Part shown: positions 10,720 to 21,065 of the stretch, in pieces | Layout: each line of letters starts with the position of its first letter | Numbering within the stretch: position 1 is the first letter of the stretch | Assembly (NCBI GenBank): GCA_963668675.2 | Contig: CAXXMB010000002.1 | Coordinates: 1,216,001 to 1,280,000 of the forward strand | From: an uncultured Desulfatitalea sp. | GTDB taxonomy: Bacteria > Desulfobacterota > Desulfobacteria > Desulfobacterales > Desulfosarcinaceae | Length of the DNA stretch: 64,000 bases | Direction of reading: 5' to 3' | Notes under the pieces: generated by a model | Database searches by the model: none | What the model was told of the DNA's origin: nothing | Seen by the model: the letters and a program-made list of their open reading frames with translations, nothing else | Translations under genes and position numbers: made by a program

Positions 10720-12246
10720 TTAACGGTAATGACTGTAGTGAATATCATAGCGCTTGGCCTTGTAGGCGAACTTGCGAACCGTTGTTTTAAGCACCTTGGC
10801 GGCTCCGGTGATGTTGCCCCGGGTATTTTTGAGAGCATCGATGATCATCTCCCGCTCCAGGTTGGCGATGGCGTCTTCCAAAGAGAGTTCGGGTAGGGTG
10901 TCGGACTCCGATCCCGTCTGCAGGGTCGGTGGCAGGTGGTAGCTGTGGACCACGCCGCCGTCACAGAGCAGCACCGAACGCTCGATGCAGTTCTCCAGCT
11001 CACGCACGTTGCCCGGCCAGTGGTAGTCCATGAGCATATCGATGGCAGGCGTGGAAAAGCGCTTGATATCCTTTGAATTTTCCCGGTTGTATTTTTCAAG
11101 GAAGTAGTCGGCCAGCAGGAGCACATCGGTTTTGCGCTCACGCAGGGGGGGCATGTAGATGGGAAACACATTGAGTCGGTAATAGAGGTCCCCGCGAAAC
11201 GAACCATCCTCCACCGCCTTCTCCAGGTTCTTGTTGGTGGCCGCAATGATGCGCACGTCGACCTTGATGGTCCGCTGCCCGCCGACACGCTCGAACTCCT
11301 TCTCCTGAAGCACCCTCAACAGATTGGCCTGCACATCCAACCCGATGGAGCCAATCTCGTCCAGGAAGATGGTCCCCTTGTGGGCCAGCTCGAATTTGCC
11401 CAGCTTCTGCTTGATAGCCCCCGTAAAAGCCCCCTTCTCGTGGCCAAAGAGCTCGCTTTCGATCAGGTTTGCCGGGATGGCAGCGCAATTGACCTTGATA
11501 AACGGCCCTTTGGCTCTGGGGCTGTTGTAGTGGACCGAGTTGGCGACCAGCTCCTTGCCGGTGCCACTCTCGCCGCGCACCAATACCGTGGCGTTGCTTT
11601 TGCAGACCTGGGAGATCATCTGAAACACTTCACGCATCTTATTGCTGTTGCCGATGATATTGGTGACCCGATACTTGTTTTCCAGCTCGTCGCGCAACCT
11701 TTTGTTCTCGGCCCGCAACTGCTCCTTTTCACGGCGGATGGTCTCCAGGTTAATCACGTGCTGGGCGATCATGGTGGCCACCACCGCGAGCACCTTCTGC
11801 CCGTCTTTGAGGACATAGTGTTCGTCATAGGGCCTGTCCACGCTCAGCGCACCGACCACCTGGTTGCCCTTTTTGATCGGCACGCAGATAAAAGAGAGCT
11901 CCTCCGTATCCTTGCGCCTCTTGCGCACAGCGGTGCGATCCAGGAACATCGGCTCTTCACTGATTTTCGGGATGGAGACCGCCTTGCCACTCTGGATAAC
12001 CCGACCGGTCACCCCCTCTCCCAGCTTGTACTTGACGCGTTCGATGGCGCTTAACGACAGGTGGTGGGCCACCTCGATACTGATCTCGTTGCGCAACGGG
12101 TCGAGAATCGAAACCGTACCACGAACCATATTCATGGAGCTGGACAGGATATCCAGGACTTTATATAAAGATTTTTTAAGCTCCAGATGCTCGTTGAGGG
12201 CCTGACTGATTTCGTAAAAAAGGGTGACTTCTTCAATTCGTTTCAT
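10720..12246 (-). CDS. NifA-like sigma-54 enhancer-binding protein (GAF-AAA+-Fis HTH)
   Basis: GAF domain, [40 protein letters not shown]-terminal HTH. Confidence 0.95.
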   Translation of the reverse strand: MKRIEEVTLFYEISQALNEHLELKKSLYKVLDILSSSMNMVRGTVSILDPLRNEISIEVAHHLSLSAIERVKYKLGEGVTGRVIQSGKAVSIPKISEEPMFLDRTAVRKRRKDTEELSFICVPIKKGNQVVGALSVDRPYDEHYVLKDGQKVLAVVATMIAQHVINLETIRREKEQLRAENKRLRDELENKYRVTNIIGNSNKMREVFQMISQVCKSNATVLVRGESGTGKELVANSVHYNSPRAKGPFIKVNCAAIPANLIESELFGHEKGAFTGAIKQKLGKFELAHKGTIFLDEIGSIGLDVQANLLRVLQEKEFERVGGQRTIKVDVRIIAATNKNLEKAVEDGSFRGDLYYRLNVFPIYMPPLRERKTDVLLLADYFLEKYNRENSKDIKRFSTPAIDMLMDYHWPGNVRELENCIERSVLLCDGGVVHSYHLPPTLQTGSESDTLPELSLEDAIANLEREMIIDALKNTRGNITGAAKVLKTTVRKFAYKAKRYDIHYSHYR

Positions 12247-12323
12247 GTGACTTTCCACTTGAGCGTAAGAGGTTACAGGCAACTTTGCCAATATCGCCTC
12301 ACACCATAACAAATTTGTAACAA

Positions 12324-13502
12324 ATGACAAGCACAACTATACTTCATATCGATATGGATGCCTTTTTTGCCTCGGTGGAGCAGATGGACAACCCGAGCCT
12401 CAAAGGCAAATGCGTGGTTGTCGGCGGCTCCCACCGCGGCGTGGTGGCAGCGGCCAGCTATGAAGCGCGCAGATTCGGCATCCATTCGGCCATGCCCATG
12501 TTCCAGGCCAGGCAAAAATGCCAGGCGTTGGTGGTCGTTCCACCACGCCGGAAGCGCTACAGTGAGATCTCCCGGCAGGTCATGGCGATCCTGCGCTCGT
12601 TCAGCCCGCTCGTGGAGCAGATCTCCATCGACGAGGCCTACGTGGATATCAGCGGCTGCCAGCGGCTGCACGGATCCCCGCGCCAGACAGCCCTGGCCAT
12701 CAAGAAACGAATCCAATCTCAAACGGACCTGACCTGCTCGGTCGGTATCGCCCCCAACAAATTCGCAGCCAAAATCGCTTCGGATATGGAGAAGCCCGAC
12801 GGCCTGACCGAGATCACCCCGGACCAGATGGCGGCCTTTATCGATAGCCTGCCCATCAGCAAAGTGCCCGGTGTGGGGCGCCGCGCCCAACAGACCCTGC
12901 ACCGCTGCGGCGTCGAAACCCTGGGAGAGGTCCGCCAATACACCACCGAGCAGATGGTGAAACGGCTGGGCAAGTTCGGCCGCCGCCTGTCGGCATTGGC
13001 CCACGGCCACGACGACTCCCCGGTCGTTCCGGAGACCCAGGCCAAATCGATCAGCAGCGAAATGACACTCGAGCAGGACACGCTAAGCCGTTCCGAGCTG
13101 TCGCGCCATCTGTTGGCCCAGTCCCAGAGCGTGGCCCGGCAGCTCAGACAACACGACATGCGGGCCCGCACCGTCTACCTGATTCTAAAAACCGTCGATT
13201 TCAAAAGGCACACCAGAAGCCACACCCTCGACCGACCGGTGCAGTCATCGGAAGCCATCTACCAGACGGCTATCACCCTTTTGGAAAACTATAGGCTCAA
13301 TATGCCGGTGCGTCTTGTGGGGGTCGGCACCGGTAGCTTGCAGCCAGCGTCGCAGCCCGTACAGCAGGAGCTCTTCCCTGAGGAGCCGGGGGAGCAACGT
13401 GCCCGATGGGAAAAAGTGGATCGCGCCGTGGACGCTGTTGCTGAAAAGTACGGCAAGTACAAGATCAGTCGCGGGTCGTTGGCAAAAAAGGATGAAGAAT
13501 GA
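12324..13502 (+). CDS. dinB: DNA polymerase IV
   Basis: [36 protein letters not shown]. Confidence 0.95.
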   Translation: MTSTTILHIDMDAFFASVEQMDNPSLKGKCVVVGGSHRGVVAAASYEARRFGIHSAMPMFQARQKCQALVVVPPRRKRYSEISRQVMAILRSFSPLVEQISIDEAYVDISGCQRLHGSPRQTALAIKKRIQSQTDLTCSVGIAPNKFAAKIASDMEKPDGLTEITPDQMAAFIDSLPISKVPGVGRRAQQTLHRCGVETLGEVRQYTTEQMVKRLGKFGRRLSALAHGHDDSPVVPETQAKSISSEMTLEQDTLSRSELSRHLLAQSQSVARQLRQHDMRARTVYLILKTVDFKRHTRSHTLDRPVQSSEAIYQTAITLLENYRLNMPVRLVGVGTGSLQPASQPVQQELFPEEPGEQRARWEKVDRAVDAVAEKYGKYKISRGSLAKKDEE

Positions 13503-13571
13503 ATACGCAAAAGCATGCATTGGGGTAAGGGTCAAACGTTGCTTTCGGATTTTGTGAAACTCGCAAAAGGA

Positions 13572-13751
13572 GGTGAGGTTGGTGGGTGGCATGCACCTCG
13601 TTAGCATTGCATGTCAGTGCCGTTTAGGCACGGCGGAGGATCAGCGGCCCGGACTGTTTGATCGCAAGCGAGTTTCCGGGACGCCCGGAGCCGTGCCTTA
13701 ACTGAACTAACATGCGTTTGCGTGAGGTGCATGCCACCCGCCAGACTCACC
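13572..13751. repeat. 180-bp rod-like palindromic element, copy A
   Basis: Nested inverted repeats over the full length; homologous to 59160-59339. Confidence 0.9.
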
Positions 13752-13782
13752 GGATCATAAGCTCCAAAAAATTGCTATCAAA

Positions 13783-14709
13783 TCAGACCGACGACCTCTC
13801 ACCTTCAGCCTCCCACCGACCCAAACGATCCAACTCAAAAAGATACCGCACACCGCTTTTCAGCATGGTCATCAGAATCAAACCGAAAAAGAGAGGAAAG
13901 AGGATGCAGTCAAACACGTAGGCGGCGATATATTTCAGGGTGGCCGCGGCCATTTGCTCGGTCTCGAGCTTCAGGTAGGCGACCAGGGCCTTGACCCCCT
14001 GACCCATTTTGGCAATCTTCCCCTTCAAATCAAACGTTGAAAGTTCGTCAGCCCCCTCCCCTTCCGGGAAAAAGCGCCTATGAAGCCCCTCCGGGGAGAG
14101 CGCCTCGCCCAATGTTTCAAACTGGGCCTGGGAACTATCGAGTAGGGGTTTGGTAATACGTTGGGAAACCAATGACGCGCCTGTGATGGTCAAGGGCAGT
14201 ATAAGGTAGAGGACAAGGCACAACGCGGCACTGAAACGGCTTCCGGCCTTGAGAATCCGCTGAGCTCCATGCGCCCTGGGAAAAATCCAGCCGCTGAGGA
14301 TCCAGATGAACCAGATCGCCAGGAAAAGAACCAGCGCCCAGTGATCGACCATGGCAAGCCCCTGGAGGGCCAACTGCATCACCACAATGACGCTGGCACC
14401 TGCCATGGCTGCCCGCCAGGCAATGTCCACATAGTCATAGACCGGCTGTACCACATCGCCCAGCTCAACATTTACACCGACGCCGACCGATGATCCCTCG
14501 ACAATGGCCAGCCCGCTCTTGATGCCCGAGAGGATCAGGAAGCCGGCCAGTGCGCCGTCAAACGCGCTGTCGAGATATCGCTCATTGACGTGCTCCAGCC
14601 GTGACAATCCACACCAGCCAAAACCGCGATCGACAACACCCCTGGCAGCCAGCACCAGGGCTGCCAGCAGGAGTGTGAGAATGACCGCTCTTTTTGTCCA
14701 TTCGGGCAT
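13783..14709 (-). CDS. Hypothetical integral membrane protein
   Basis: Long ORF with several hydrophobic segments. Confidence 0.8.
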   Translation of the reverse strand: MPEWTKRAVILTLLLAALVLAARGVVDRGFGWCGLSRLEHVNERYLDSAFDGALAGFLILSGIKSGLAIVEGSSVGVGVNVELGDVVQPVYDYVDIAWRAAMAGASVIVVMQLALQGLAMVDHWALVLFLAIWFIWILSGWIFPRAHGAQRILKAGSRFSAALCLVLYLILPLTITGASLVSQRITKPLLDSSQAQFETLGEALSPEGLHRRFFPEGEGADELSTFDLKGKIAKMGQGVKALVAYLKLETEQMAAATLKYIAAYVFDCILFPLFFGLILMTMLKSGVRYLFELDRLGRWEAEGERSSV

Positions 14710-14750
14710 ATGTCTCAACCGGTCGGCATGGCCCTGCGCCTCTTCCGGTC

Positions 14751-15002
14751 CTAGTGGATTAGATTGGCCCCTTTTTCCGTAAGCTTAAGCTCGGGCACAG
14801 GTCCTTTCATTTCATACTTCAGAAAGCCCTTGGCCGCCAGTTGCTTTATCGCCTTCTCAAAGTCCTTCTTTTCGAAACCGCTCAGAAACGGAAGGTACTC
14901 TTCAGCAAGCCAGTTTTCCGGGATCATATCGTTCTCTTCACCTTCGATGGCCCTGAACTGATCCAAAATGTCTTTTTTAATGTCTTTGATACCTCTGCTC
15001 AT
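14751..15002 (-). CDS. Small hypothetical protein, possibly winged-helix
   Basis: 83 aa; AIKQLAAKGFLKY...LKLTEKG resembles a wHTH wing. Confidence 0.7.
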   Translation of the reverse strand: MSRGIKDIKKDILDQFRAIEGEENDMIPENWLAEEYLPFLSGFEKKDFEKAIKQLAAKGFLKYEMKGPVPELKLTEKGANLIH

Positions 15003-15286
15003 CGCCCATCCTTGTCCGTATTATATAGAATGAACTCGTCAGCGCCCGCCAGCTCATCACCCGGAGAGCGATCTATAGCCTTTTCTTCATGAAACCGCAC
15101 TGTTTTTTCAAAGCACCGTAAGTTAACGCATTTTTGTCGCTTTACAAGCCTCGGACTTACATCGAATATGAGATCCCAGAAGGAGAAGGAGGAAAGAGGA
15201 GTCAGGTACAGATCCAATCGTCACAAAGAGCGGGGAACATCGCTTGCGCACACCAACCGTTTGCGTCGGATTCGTCTCAGGCGAAA

Positions 15287-15868
15287 CTACAAGGTGCCCT
15301 TGAGTCCGATATCCGCAGCCACCGATCGCATGCCGTCGATTGTTTTCGAAATCAGTTCGGAACGTTCCAAGCCGAGCATCTGTGCGCCGCGATCGATGAT
15401 CGCACGATCAACTCCTGCGGCGAAACGCTTGTCTTTCCACTTCTTCATCACCGATTTGACCTTCAAATCAAGGACGCTTTTCGACGGTCTGACCAGGGCA
15501 GACGTGGCAATCAGTCCGGTCAACTCGTCCACCGCGTAGAGCGTCTTCTCCAGGTCGGATTGCGGCTCTACATCGCTGCATATGCCCCAGCCGTGGCTGA
15601 CCACCGCCCTCACATACGACTCCGGCCAGTCGCGGCTCCTCAGAATCTCGGCGCTTTTGCTGCAGTGCTGGTCCGGATACTGTTCATAGTCCAGATCATG
15701 GATCAGGCCGATGACCCCCCACTGCTCCTCGTCCGCCCCTTGCTCCCTGGCAAAGTGGCGCATCACCCCTTCCACGGCGAGGGCATGCCTGATCAAGCTG
15801 TCGCTTCGGGTATACTCCCGGAGCAGGGCCAATGCCTGCTCCCTGTTGGGTGTCGATGGTCCCTGCAT
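15287..15868 (-). CDS. HDIG/HD-domain hydrolase
   Basis: GAGGAG RBS; LIRHALAVEGVM, GLIHDLDYE, AVDELTG, KKWKDKRFAAGVDR. Confidence 0.9.
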   Translation of the reverse strand: MQGPSTPNREQALALLREYTRSDSLIRHALAVEGVMRHFAREQGADEEQWGVIGLIHDLDYEQYPDQHCSKSAEILRSRDWPESYVRAVVSHGWGICSDVEPQSDLEKTLYAVDELTGLIATSALVRPSKSVLDLKVKSVMKKWKDKRFAAGVDRAIIDRGAQMLGLERSELISKTIDGMRSVAADIGLKGTL

Positions 15869-15869
15869 A

Positions 15870-17105
15870 TCACTCCTCATCTGCATAGCGTTTCTGGATG
15901 GAACGCAACATCTCGTACCGGCTGAAGAAAACCTCCACCAGTTCAGGGTCGAAGTGGGTGCCGGAGTTCTTCTCGATCTGCTCCAGAATCGTGCTCTCTT
16001 CCCACGCCTCTTTGTAAGTACGCTTGGTGCTGAGGGCATCGAATACATCGGCCAGGGCCACAATGCGACCAAATAACGGAATCTCTTCGGCCTTCTTGCC
16101 GCGGGGGCTTCCGTCGGGCAGCGTGTACCCCTGGATTGGCTGTCCGGTGCGAAAATCGATGTGCCCGGGGTATCCGGTCCCGTCCCAGCGCTCATGGTGA
16201 TTGAGGGCCACCACGCCGGCCGCCTCGTCGAAGTCCGATTGCTGCTGCATGAAGAGACGGGCACCGTGGATGGTGTGCTGCTTCATATCTTCATACTCAT
16301 CGGTACTGAGACGGGCAGGCTTCTTCAGGATCAAATCGGAGGTGGCCACCTTGCCCACATCGTGGAGCATGGCGGCCATGCGCAGAACGTCACGGCTCTT
16401 GTCGATCACTTTACGGTCGACGTGATGCCTCAGGGCCCACTGTTCGTATATCTCCACCGCAAAGCCCGCTACCCGGTTGACGTGGGAGCCAGTCTCCCTG
16501 GGATCTCTCATCTCCGCCATCCGAATCATGCGCAGAATCAATGCACGGGTCATCTGGGCACGCTCCAGCGCCACGGCAGCCACCGAAGCAAAATGGTGCA
16601 TCACGAGCTCATCCCGGTGGGCAAAATGGACGATGCGTCCCTCCGCATCCTGAGCGTTGATGATCTGCAAAATCCCCAGAATCGTATGACTGCTGTTCTC
16701 CAGAGGGATGGTCAACACCGATTGGGTTTTGTACCCCGCGGTCTCGTCGAATTGATTGCTGAATCGATAGGGCAGCGTGGCCTCCAGACGATACACATCT
16801 TCGATGTTCAGGGCACGCCCTGTGGCGGCCACGTAACCGGCAATGCTCTTGGTGTCGATGGGGATCCTGAAAGTTGAATAGATGAGCTTTTCGTTTCTAG
16901 GCAGCTTTTTCTGCAGGGTATCGTTCTGGGTATAGGAGAAGTGGAGCCAGCCATCCTGGCGGATATAAATTGAGCCTGCGTCTGCATTGGCAAATTGACG
17001 TGCCCGGGTCAACACCCGCTCCATAAGGATATCCAGATCGTTGATTTGACTCAACTCGATCCCCAGGCGAGTCAGTCCGTCCAGCTTTTCCTGCTCGGTC
17101 AGCAT
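15870..17105 (-). CDS. GAF + HD-GYP phosphodiesterase (c-di-GMP turnover)
   Basis: GAF; ETGSHVNRV, LHDVGK, HHERWDGTGYP, ADVFDAL, GTHFDP. Confidence 0.92.
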   Translation of the reverse strand: MLTEQEKLDGLTRLGIELSQINDLDILMERVLTRARQFANADAGSIYIRQDGWLHFSYTQNDTLQKKLPRNEKLIYSTFRIPIDTKSIAGYVAATGRALNIEDVYRLEATLPYRFSNQFDETAGYKTQSVLTIPLENSSHTILGILQIINAQDAEGRIVHFAHRDELVMHHFASVAAVALERAQMTRALILRMIRMAEMRDPRETGSHVNRVAGFAVEIYEQWALRHHVDRKVIDKSRDVLRMAAMLHDVGKVATSDLILKKPARLSTDEYEDMKQHTIHGARLFMQQQSDFDEAAGVVALNHHERWDGTGYPGHIDFRTGQPIQGYTLPDGSPRGKKAEEIPLFGRIVALADVFDALSTKRTYKEAWEESTILEQIEKNSGTHFDPELVEVFFSRYEMLRSIQKRYADEE

Positions 17106-17454
17106 CCGGCATCGCCCCCCTTGGCGGTCGCGAATGGGGTTATTGCGGGCAGTCATGAGCGCATCGGCGTTGCATGGCAAGAGAGCCACCACATTTACCA
17201 TTGGCTCGAATTCATAACCATATCAAATTGTTGCAAAATCGTCAAGCATCAACTTGGTAATGAATTAAAAAATCCATGTGTCCGTCAAAGGCTCTATGGT
17301 CATCACGGTTGATCTGGATGTCAATGCCAGGGCGTTCGTACGAACGCCGAAAGGCGGGCAATTTCCCCCTGTGACAAATGGGATGAGGTGCGATTCAATT
17401 TTCGGGTTGCGTTAGGCCAACATGCGGAGGCGATTCCAGCGAGTGGTCCGCACC

Positions 17455-19230
17455 TCACGCTAACGGAAGGAAGATGGTAAAGGCGCTGCCTTTACCCTGC
17501 ACGCTCTCCACCGTCACCTGGCCGTTATGGACCTGTACAATGTGTTTGACAATGGCCAGCCCCAAACCGGTGCCGCCCATACGGCGGCTGCGTGCTTTGT
17601 CCACACGGTAGAAGCGCTCGAACAGACGCGGCAGATGCTTCTTGGCAATTCCGATCCCCTCGTCCTTGACGCTGATTTGAAGCCGATCGGCATCGGCCCG
17701 GGCGGCCAGCTCGATGCGGCGATCCGAAGGACTGTACTTTATGGCGTTGTCTAGCAAGTTGACGATGGCCTGCTCAATGAGATCGGCGTCGATGGCCATG
17801 GCAAGTGCATCATCGCAAACGATATCCACCGTCATCGATTTCTCTTTGGCCTGGGGACAGCACCGCTGGTTGGCCGCATGCAAGATCGATTGGATCGGCA
17901 CACGCTCCAATCTCAGCAAGGGCTGGTGCTCGGCACCTTGCTCGAGACGGGCCAGTTGCATCAGATCGTCGACGATGGCGGTGAGCCGTTTGACATGCTT
18001 GTCGATAATCTCAAGAAACCGTTTTGCCTCCGCCGGATCGACATCCGATCCCTGACTCAACGTCTCAACGAAGCCCTGGATGGCCGTCAGGGGTGTCTTG
18101 ATCTCATGGCTCACATTGGCGGCAAAGTCGCTCCGCACGGTCTCCAGACGGCGCAACTGGGTCACATCGCTCAGCACCAGCAACGCACCCATGCGGTGTC
18201 CGTCGGGATCTGCCAGAGGGGTGCAGTGGGCCTGCAGGATCTGTTCACCGGCCTGGTAGAGAGCCACATCCCCCTGACTCACCTCTCCATGGTCGAGGGT
18301 GGAACGCACCATTTCATGCAGATCACGATTGCGCATCACCTCCTGGATGCTTCGTCCCTGAAGCACATCGGCGTGACCCTTCAGCAGCTTTGCAGCGGCC
18401 GCATTGTGGTGCAGAATCCGCTCTTCGCCATCCAGGGCGACAACACCCTCCACCATGCTCGAGAGAACCGCTTCACTCTCGTTGCGCTGCTGGACGACGG
18501 CCTGGATCCGCTCCTCCAACTCCTGGGCCATCTGATTCATGGCTTGGGCCAAACCGGCCAGCTCCGCTGTCTCGGGAGGCATTACGCGGTGGGATAATTC
18601 ACCACGCGCGAACCGGGCGGCACTCTGGCGCATGGTTTCGATGGGACGGCTGATGCGGCGTGAAATAACGAGGCACACCAGTGACGCCAAAATTGCCACG
18701 ACAACACCGCCCAGGGCGATGCGAAACTGCAGTGCCCGCAACCGCTGCTCAATGGCCGTAAGCGCCAGCGACACCCGAACCACTCCTGAGACGTTCTCCG
18801 TCCCAAGCGGATAGGCCAGGTACATCATGTGCTGACCCAGCGTATCGCTGAACCTCATGGCGGTGCCGGTATTCCCCTTCAGGGCCTCGATGATCTCCAG
18901 GCGGTCCCCGTGGTTCTCCATCTTCTTCGGGTCGGTTTCCGAATCGCCGACCACCGTCCCATCGGGCAGAATCACGGTCAGACGGGTGGCCATATCGAGA
19001 ACGACCTGTTTGCAAAATCGATCCACGGCCGCTGCATCCAACGGCGTGACCAGTGGCAAAAACTGGGGGGTCAGGAAGCGGGCCTGATGGAGCAGATCCT
19101 TGCGGACCTGGGACATGTAAAAGGAACGCATGGCATGGGAGGTGTACCAGCCGGTGGCCAGAAGGGCGAGCAGAACCAGGATCAGATAGGAGGGGTATAG
19201 CTGCCAGATGAGGCGTCTGCGCTGTATCAT
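17455..19230 (-). CDS. phoR: PhoR-like sensor histidine kinase (HAMP-PAS-HisKA-HATPase)
   Basis: MENHGDRLEI sensor motif, DFAANVSHEIKTPLT, RLFERFYRVDKARSR, GGTGLGLAIVKH; overlaps the response-regulator stop. Confidence 0.85.
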   Translation of the reverse strand: MIQRRRLIWQLYPSYLILVLLALLATGWYTSHAMRSFYMSQVRKDLLHQARFLTPQFLPLVTPLDAAAVDRFCKQVVLDMATRLTVILPDGTVVGDSETDPKKMENHGDRLEIIEALKGNTGTAMRFSDTLGQHMMYLAYPLGTENVSGVVRVSLALTAIEQRLRALQFRIALGGVVVAILASLVCLVISRRISRPIETMRQSAARFARGELSHRVMPPETAELAGLAQAMNQMAQELEERIQAVVQQRNESEAVLSSMVEGVVALDGEERILHHNAAAAKLLKGHADVLQGRSIQEVMRNRDLHEMVRSTLDHGEVSQGDVALYQAGEQILQAHCTPLADPDGHRMGALLVLSDVTQLRRLETVRSDFAANVSHEIKTPLTAIQGFVETLSQGSDVDPAEAKRFLEIIDKHVKRLTAIVDDLMQLARLEQGAEHQPLLRLERVPIQSILHAANQRCCPQAKEKSMTVDIVCDDALAMAIDADLIEQAIVNLLDNAIKYSPSDRRIELAARADADRLQISVKDEGIGIAKKHLPRLFERFYRVDKARSRRMGGTGLGLAIVKHIVQVHNGQVTVESVQGKGSAFTIFLPLA

Positions 19231-19940
19231 CTTGTGTGCGTCTCCTCTCCTCTCTTTTCCGTGAAGCGGTACCCGACACCGCGTACGGTCTCGATCAGGT
19301 GGCCGCTCTCGCCCAGCTTCTTGCGCAAGCCGACGATCTGGACATCCACACTGCGGTCGGTGACCGGATAGTCGTCGCCGCGCACCGCATCGACGATCTG
19401 GGAACGGGTGAAGACCCAGCCCGGACGACTGGCCAGAAAGGCGAGCACCTGGAACTCCGTATAGGTCAGGTCTATGGGCCTATCGTCGATGGAGAGGCTG
19501 CGCCGGCCGCGGTCTATCAGCAGGCCGTGAATTCGGATGATCGCGTCGTCGGTTGCGGCCGGCACAGCGCGGCGACGGAAAACGGCACGAAGACGGGCCA
19601 GCAGCACCCGGGGGCTGAACGGTTTGGTTACATAGTCGTCGGCCCCCAACTCGAGGCCTGTGACGATGTCCACCTCCTCGCCTTTGGCGCTCAGCATCAC
19701 CACCGGGATCTGTCGGGTCTGCGGGTCGTTCTTCAGCTTGCGGGTCAGCTCCAGCCCGTCGATCCCCGGCAGCATCAGATCGATCACCAGGAGGTCGACG
19801 TGCTGGGTCTTGATCTTGCGCCAGGCGTCCTCCCCCGTCTCGGCACACAGCACCTCATACCCCTCACGGCTGAGGTGGAACCGCACCAGTTCAAGAATGT
19901 CCTCCTCGTCATCGACCACCAATATGGTCTCTTTGCCCAT
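19227..19940 (-). CDS. phoB: PhoB/PhoP-like OmpR-family response regulator
   Basis: DLMLPGIDG, GADDYVTKPFSPR, DRSVDVQI, IETVRGVGYRF. Confidence 0.85.
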   Translation of the reverse strand: MGKETILVVDDEEDILELVRFHLSREGYEVLCAETGEDAWRKIKTQHVDLLVIDLMLPGIDGLELTRKLKNDPQTRQIPVVMLSAKGEEVDIVTGLELGADDYVTKPFSPRVLLARLRAVFRRRAVPAATDDAIIRIHGLLIDRGRRSLSIDDRPIDLTYTEFQVLAFLASRPGWVFTRSQIVDAVRGDDYPVTDRSVDVQIVGLRKKLGESGHLIETVRGVGYRFTEKRGEETHTR

Positions 19941-20060
19941 GGTCCAAACCCTTTGTCGGTTCATCCCGGCATCCCGGCGGCTATTTGGATAGAGCCCGCC
20001 CGATCGGGACAGAATTGGGCGAATCGCACCCCCTCACATCAGCACTGTTTATCCTGACAA

Positions 20061-20093
20061 GTGTTAGCTTCTTGTTAGCGTTTGGTTAGGATT
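20061..20093 (-). promoter_or_regulatory. Putative Pho box: three direct repeats at 11-bp period upstream of phoB
   Basis: GTTAG at 20063, 20074 and 20085 (CTAAC on the phoB strand). Confidence 0.6.
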
Positions 20094-20106
20094 TGAAAAG
20101 TGCCGT

Positions 20107-20370
20107 CTATTTGCATGTAAAGGGATAAAAATGGTGGAGGCAGTAGCCGCCAGGGTCGCCGTACATCACTTCGCTTTCGGCCATGCAGACGCCGATGGCC
20201 TCGCGCGACACAGACTCGTAATCGGGACGCTGCTCCTCCTCCTTTTTACACGCCAGACAGATCGGCTCATGATCATAGACAGACAAGATGCGCTTGTCTT
20301 GCGGCCCCAGGCCGGCGTTGCAGCGATGGCATGCCAACGCACAGGATAACTTCTCTTCCCATTTGTCCAT
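20107..20370 (-). CDS. Small Cys/His-rich hypothetical protein
   Basis: CHRC...CLAC pairs plus YCLHH; AAGGA RBS. Confidence 0.75.
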   Translation of the reverse strand: MDKWEEKLSCALACHRCNAGLGPQDKRILSVYDHEPICLACKKEEEQRPDYESVSREAIGVCMAESEVMYGDPGGYCLHHFYPFTCK

Positions 20371-20477
20371 TGAATCCATCCTTTGATCGGGGTATGTCAT
20401 ACGTTCGCATTCAGTCGATACCACTGGTCCAACATAATAGCGGATCGGCAAAACTCAAATCAAGAGCGGAGCATGCG

Positions 20478-21056
20478 TTGACCCTTTTCAACATCATCGC
20501 TATTGCGGTCGCCCTGGCCATGGACGCCTTTGCCGTGGCCATTGCCGCAGGCATCAAGCTGGGATCTGTCGATTGGCGCCAGAACTTCAGGTTGGCATGG
20601 CACTTCGGCTTTTTCCAGGCGGCCATGCCAGTCATCGGCTGGGCGGCGGGCCTCACCATCCGCCAGCAGATCGAACGCTACGACCACTGGGTCGCCTTTA
20701 TCCTGCTCGTTTTCGTCTCCCAGGGCATGTTGCGCGAAGCCTTCAAGAAAGAGGATGAAACCAACACTCCCAAAGATCCCACCAAAGGGGCCACCATGGT
20801 GATGCTCTCGCTTGCCACCAGCCTGGATGCACTGGCCGTGGGATTGAGCCTCTCGATGATCAACATCTCCATATGGGCCCCCTCCCTGATCATCGGCATC
20901 GTGGCCGCCGTGTTCACCACCATCGGACTTCACCTCGGCAAACGCGTCTCCAAGGCCGCTCAGATCCGCCGTTACGCCGACATCATCGGCGCTCTGGTCT
21001 TACTGGCCATCGGCATCAACATTCTGAGAGAACACGGGGTGTTCGACAGCTTTTAA
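20478..21056 (+). CDS. mntP: Manganese efflux pump MntP family
   Basis: ALAMDAFAV, FGFFQAAMP, DHWVAF, ATSLDALAVG; TTG start with GGAG RBS. Confidence 0.9.
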   Translation: MTLFNIIAIAVALAMDAFAVAIAAGIKLGSVDWRQNFRLAWHFGFFQAAMPVIGWAAGLTIRQQIERYDHWVAFILLVFVSQGMLREAFKKEDETNTPKDPTKGATMVMLSLATSLDALAVGLSLSMINISIWAPSLIIGIVAAVFTTIGLHLGKRVSKAAQIRRYADIIGALVLLAIGINILREHGVFDSF

Positions 21057-21065
21057 GATCGTGAT

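Noticed and set aside
10720..12246. Nitrogen fixation inferred from the NifA-like and NifU-like genes
   Set aside because: No nif structural genes in the window; both families are widespread outside diazotrophy.
13572..13751. 6S RNA identity for the 180-bp rod
   Set aside because: Size and shape are similar, but there are two dispersed copies between convergent genes, no evident promoter and no large central bubble. Not excluded without an Rfam scan.
17330..17385. c-di-GMP-I riboswitch near the HD-GYP gene (CGCCGAAAGGCG hairpin)
   Set aside because: Only a GAAA tetraloop stem; the flanking GGCAAAC/GACGCAAAG consensus and second stem are missing, and it is on the opposite strand.
20371..20477. 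yybP-ykoY Mn riboswitch upstream of mntP
   Set aside because: No GGGGAGUA-type consensus, and the intergenic region is short.
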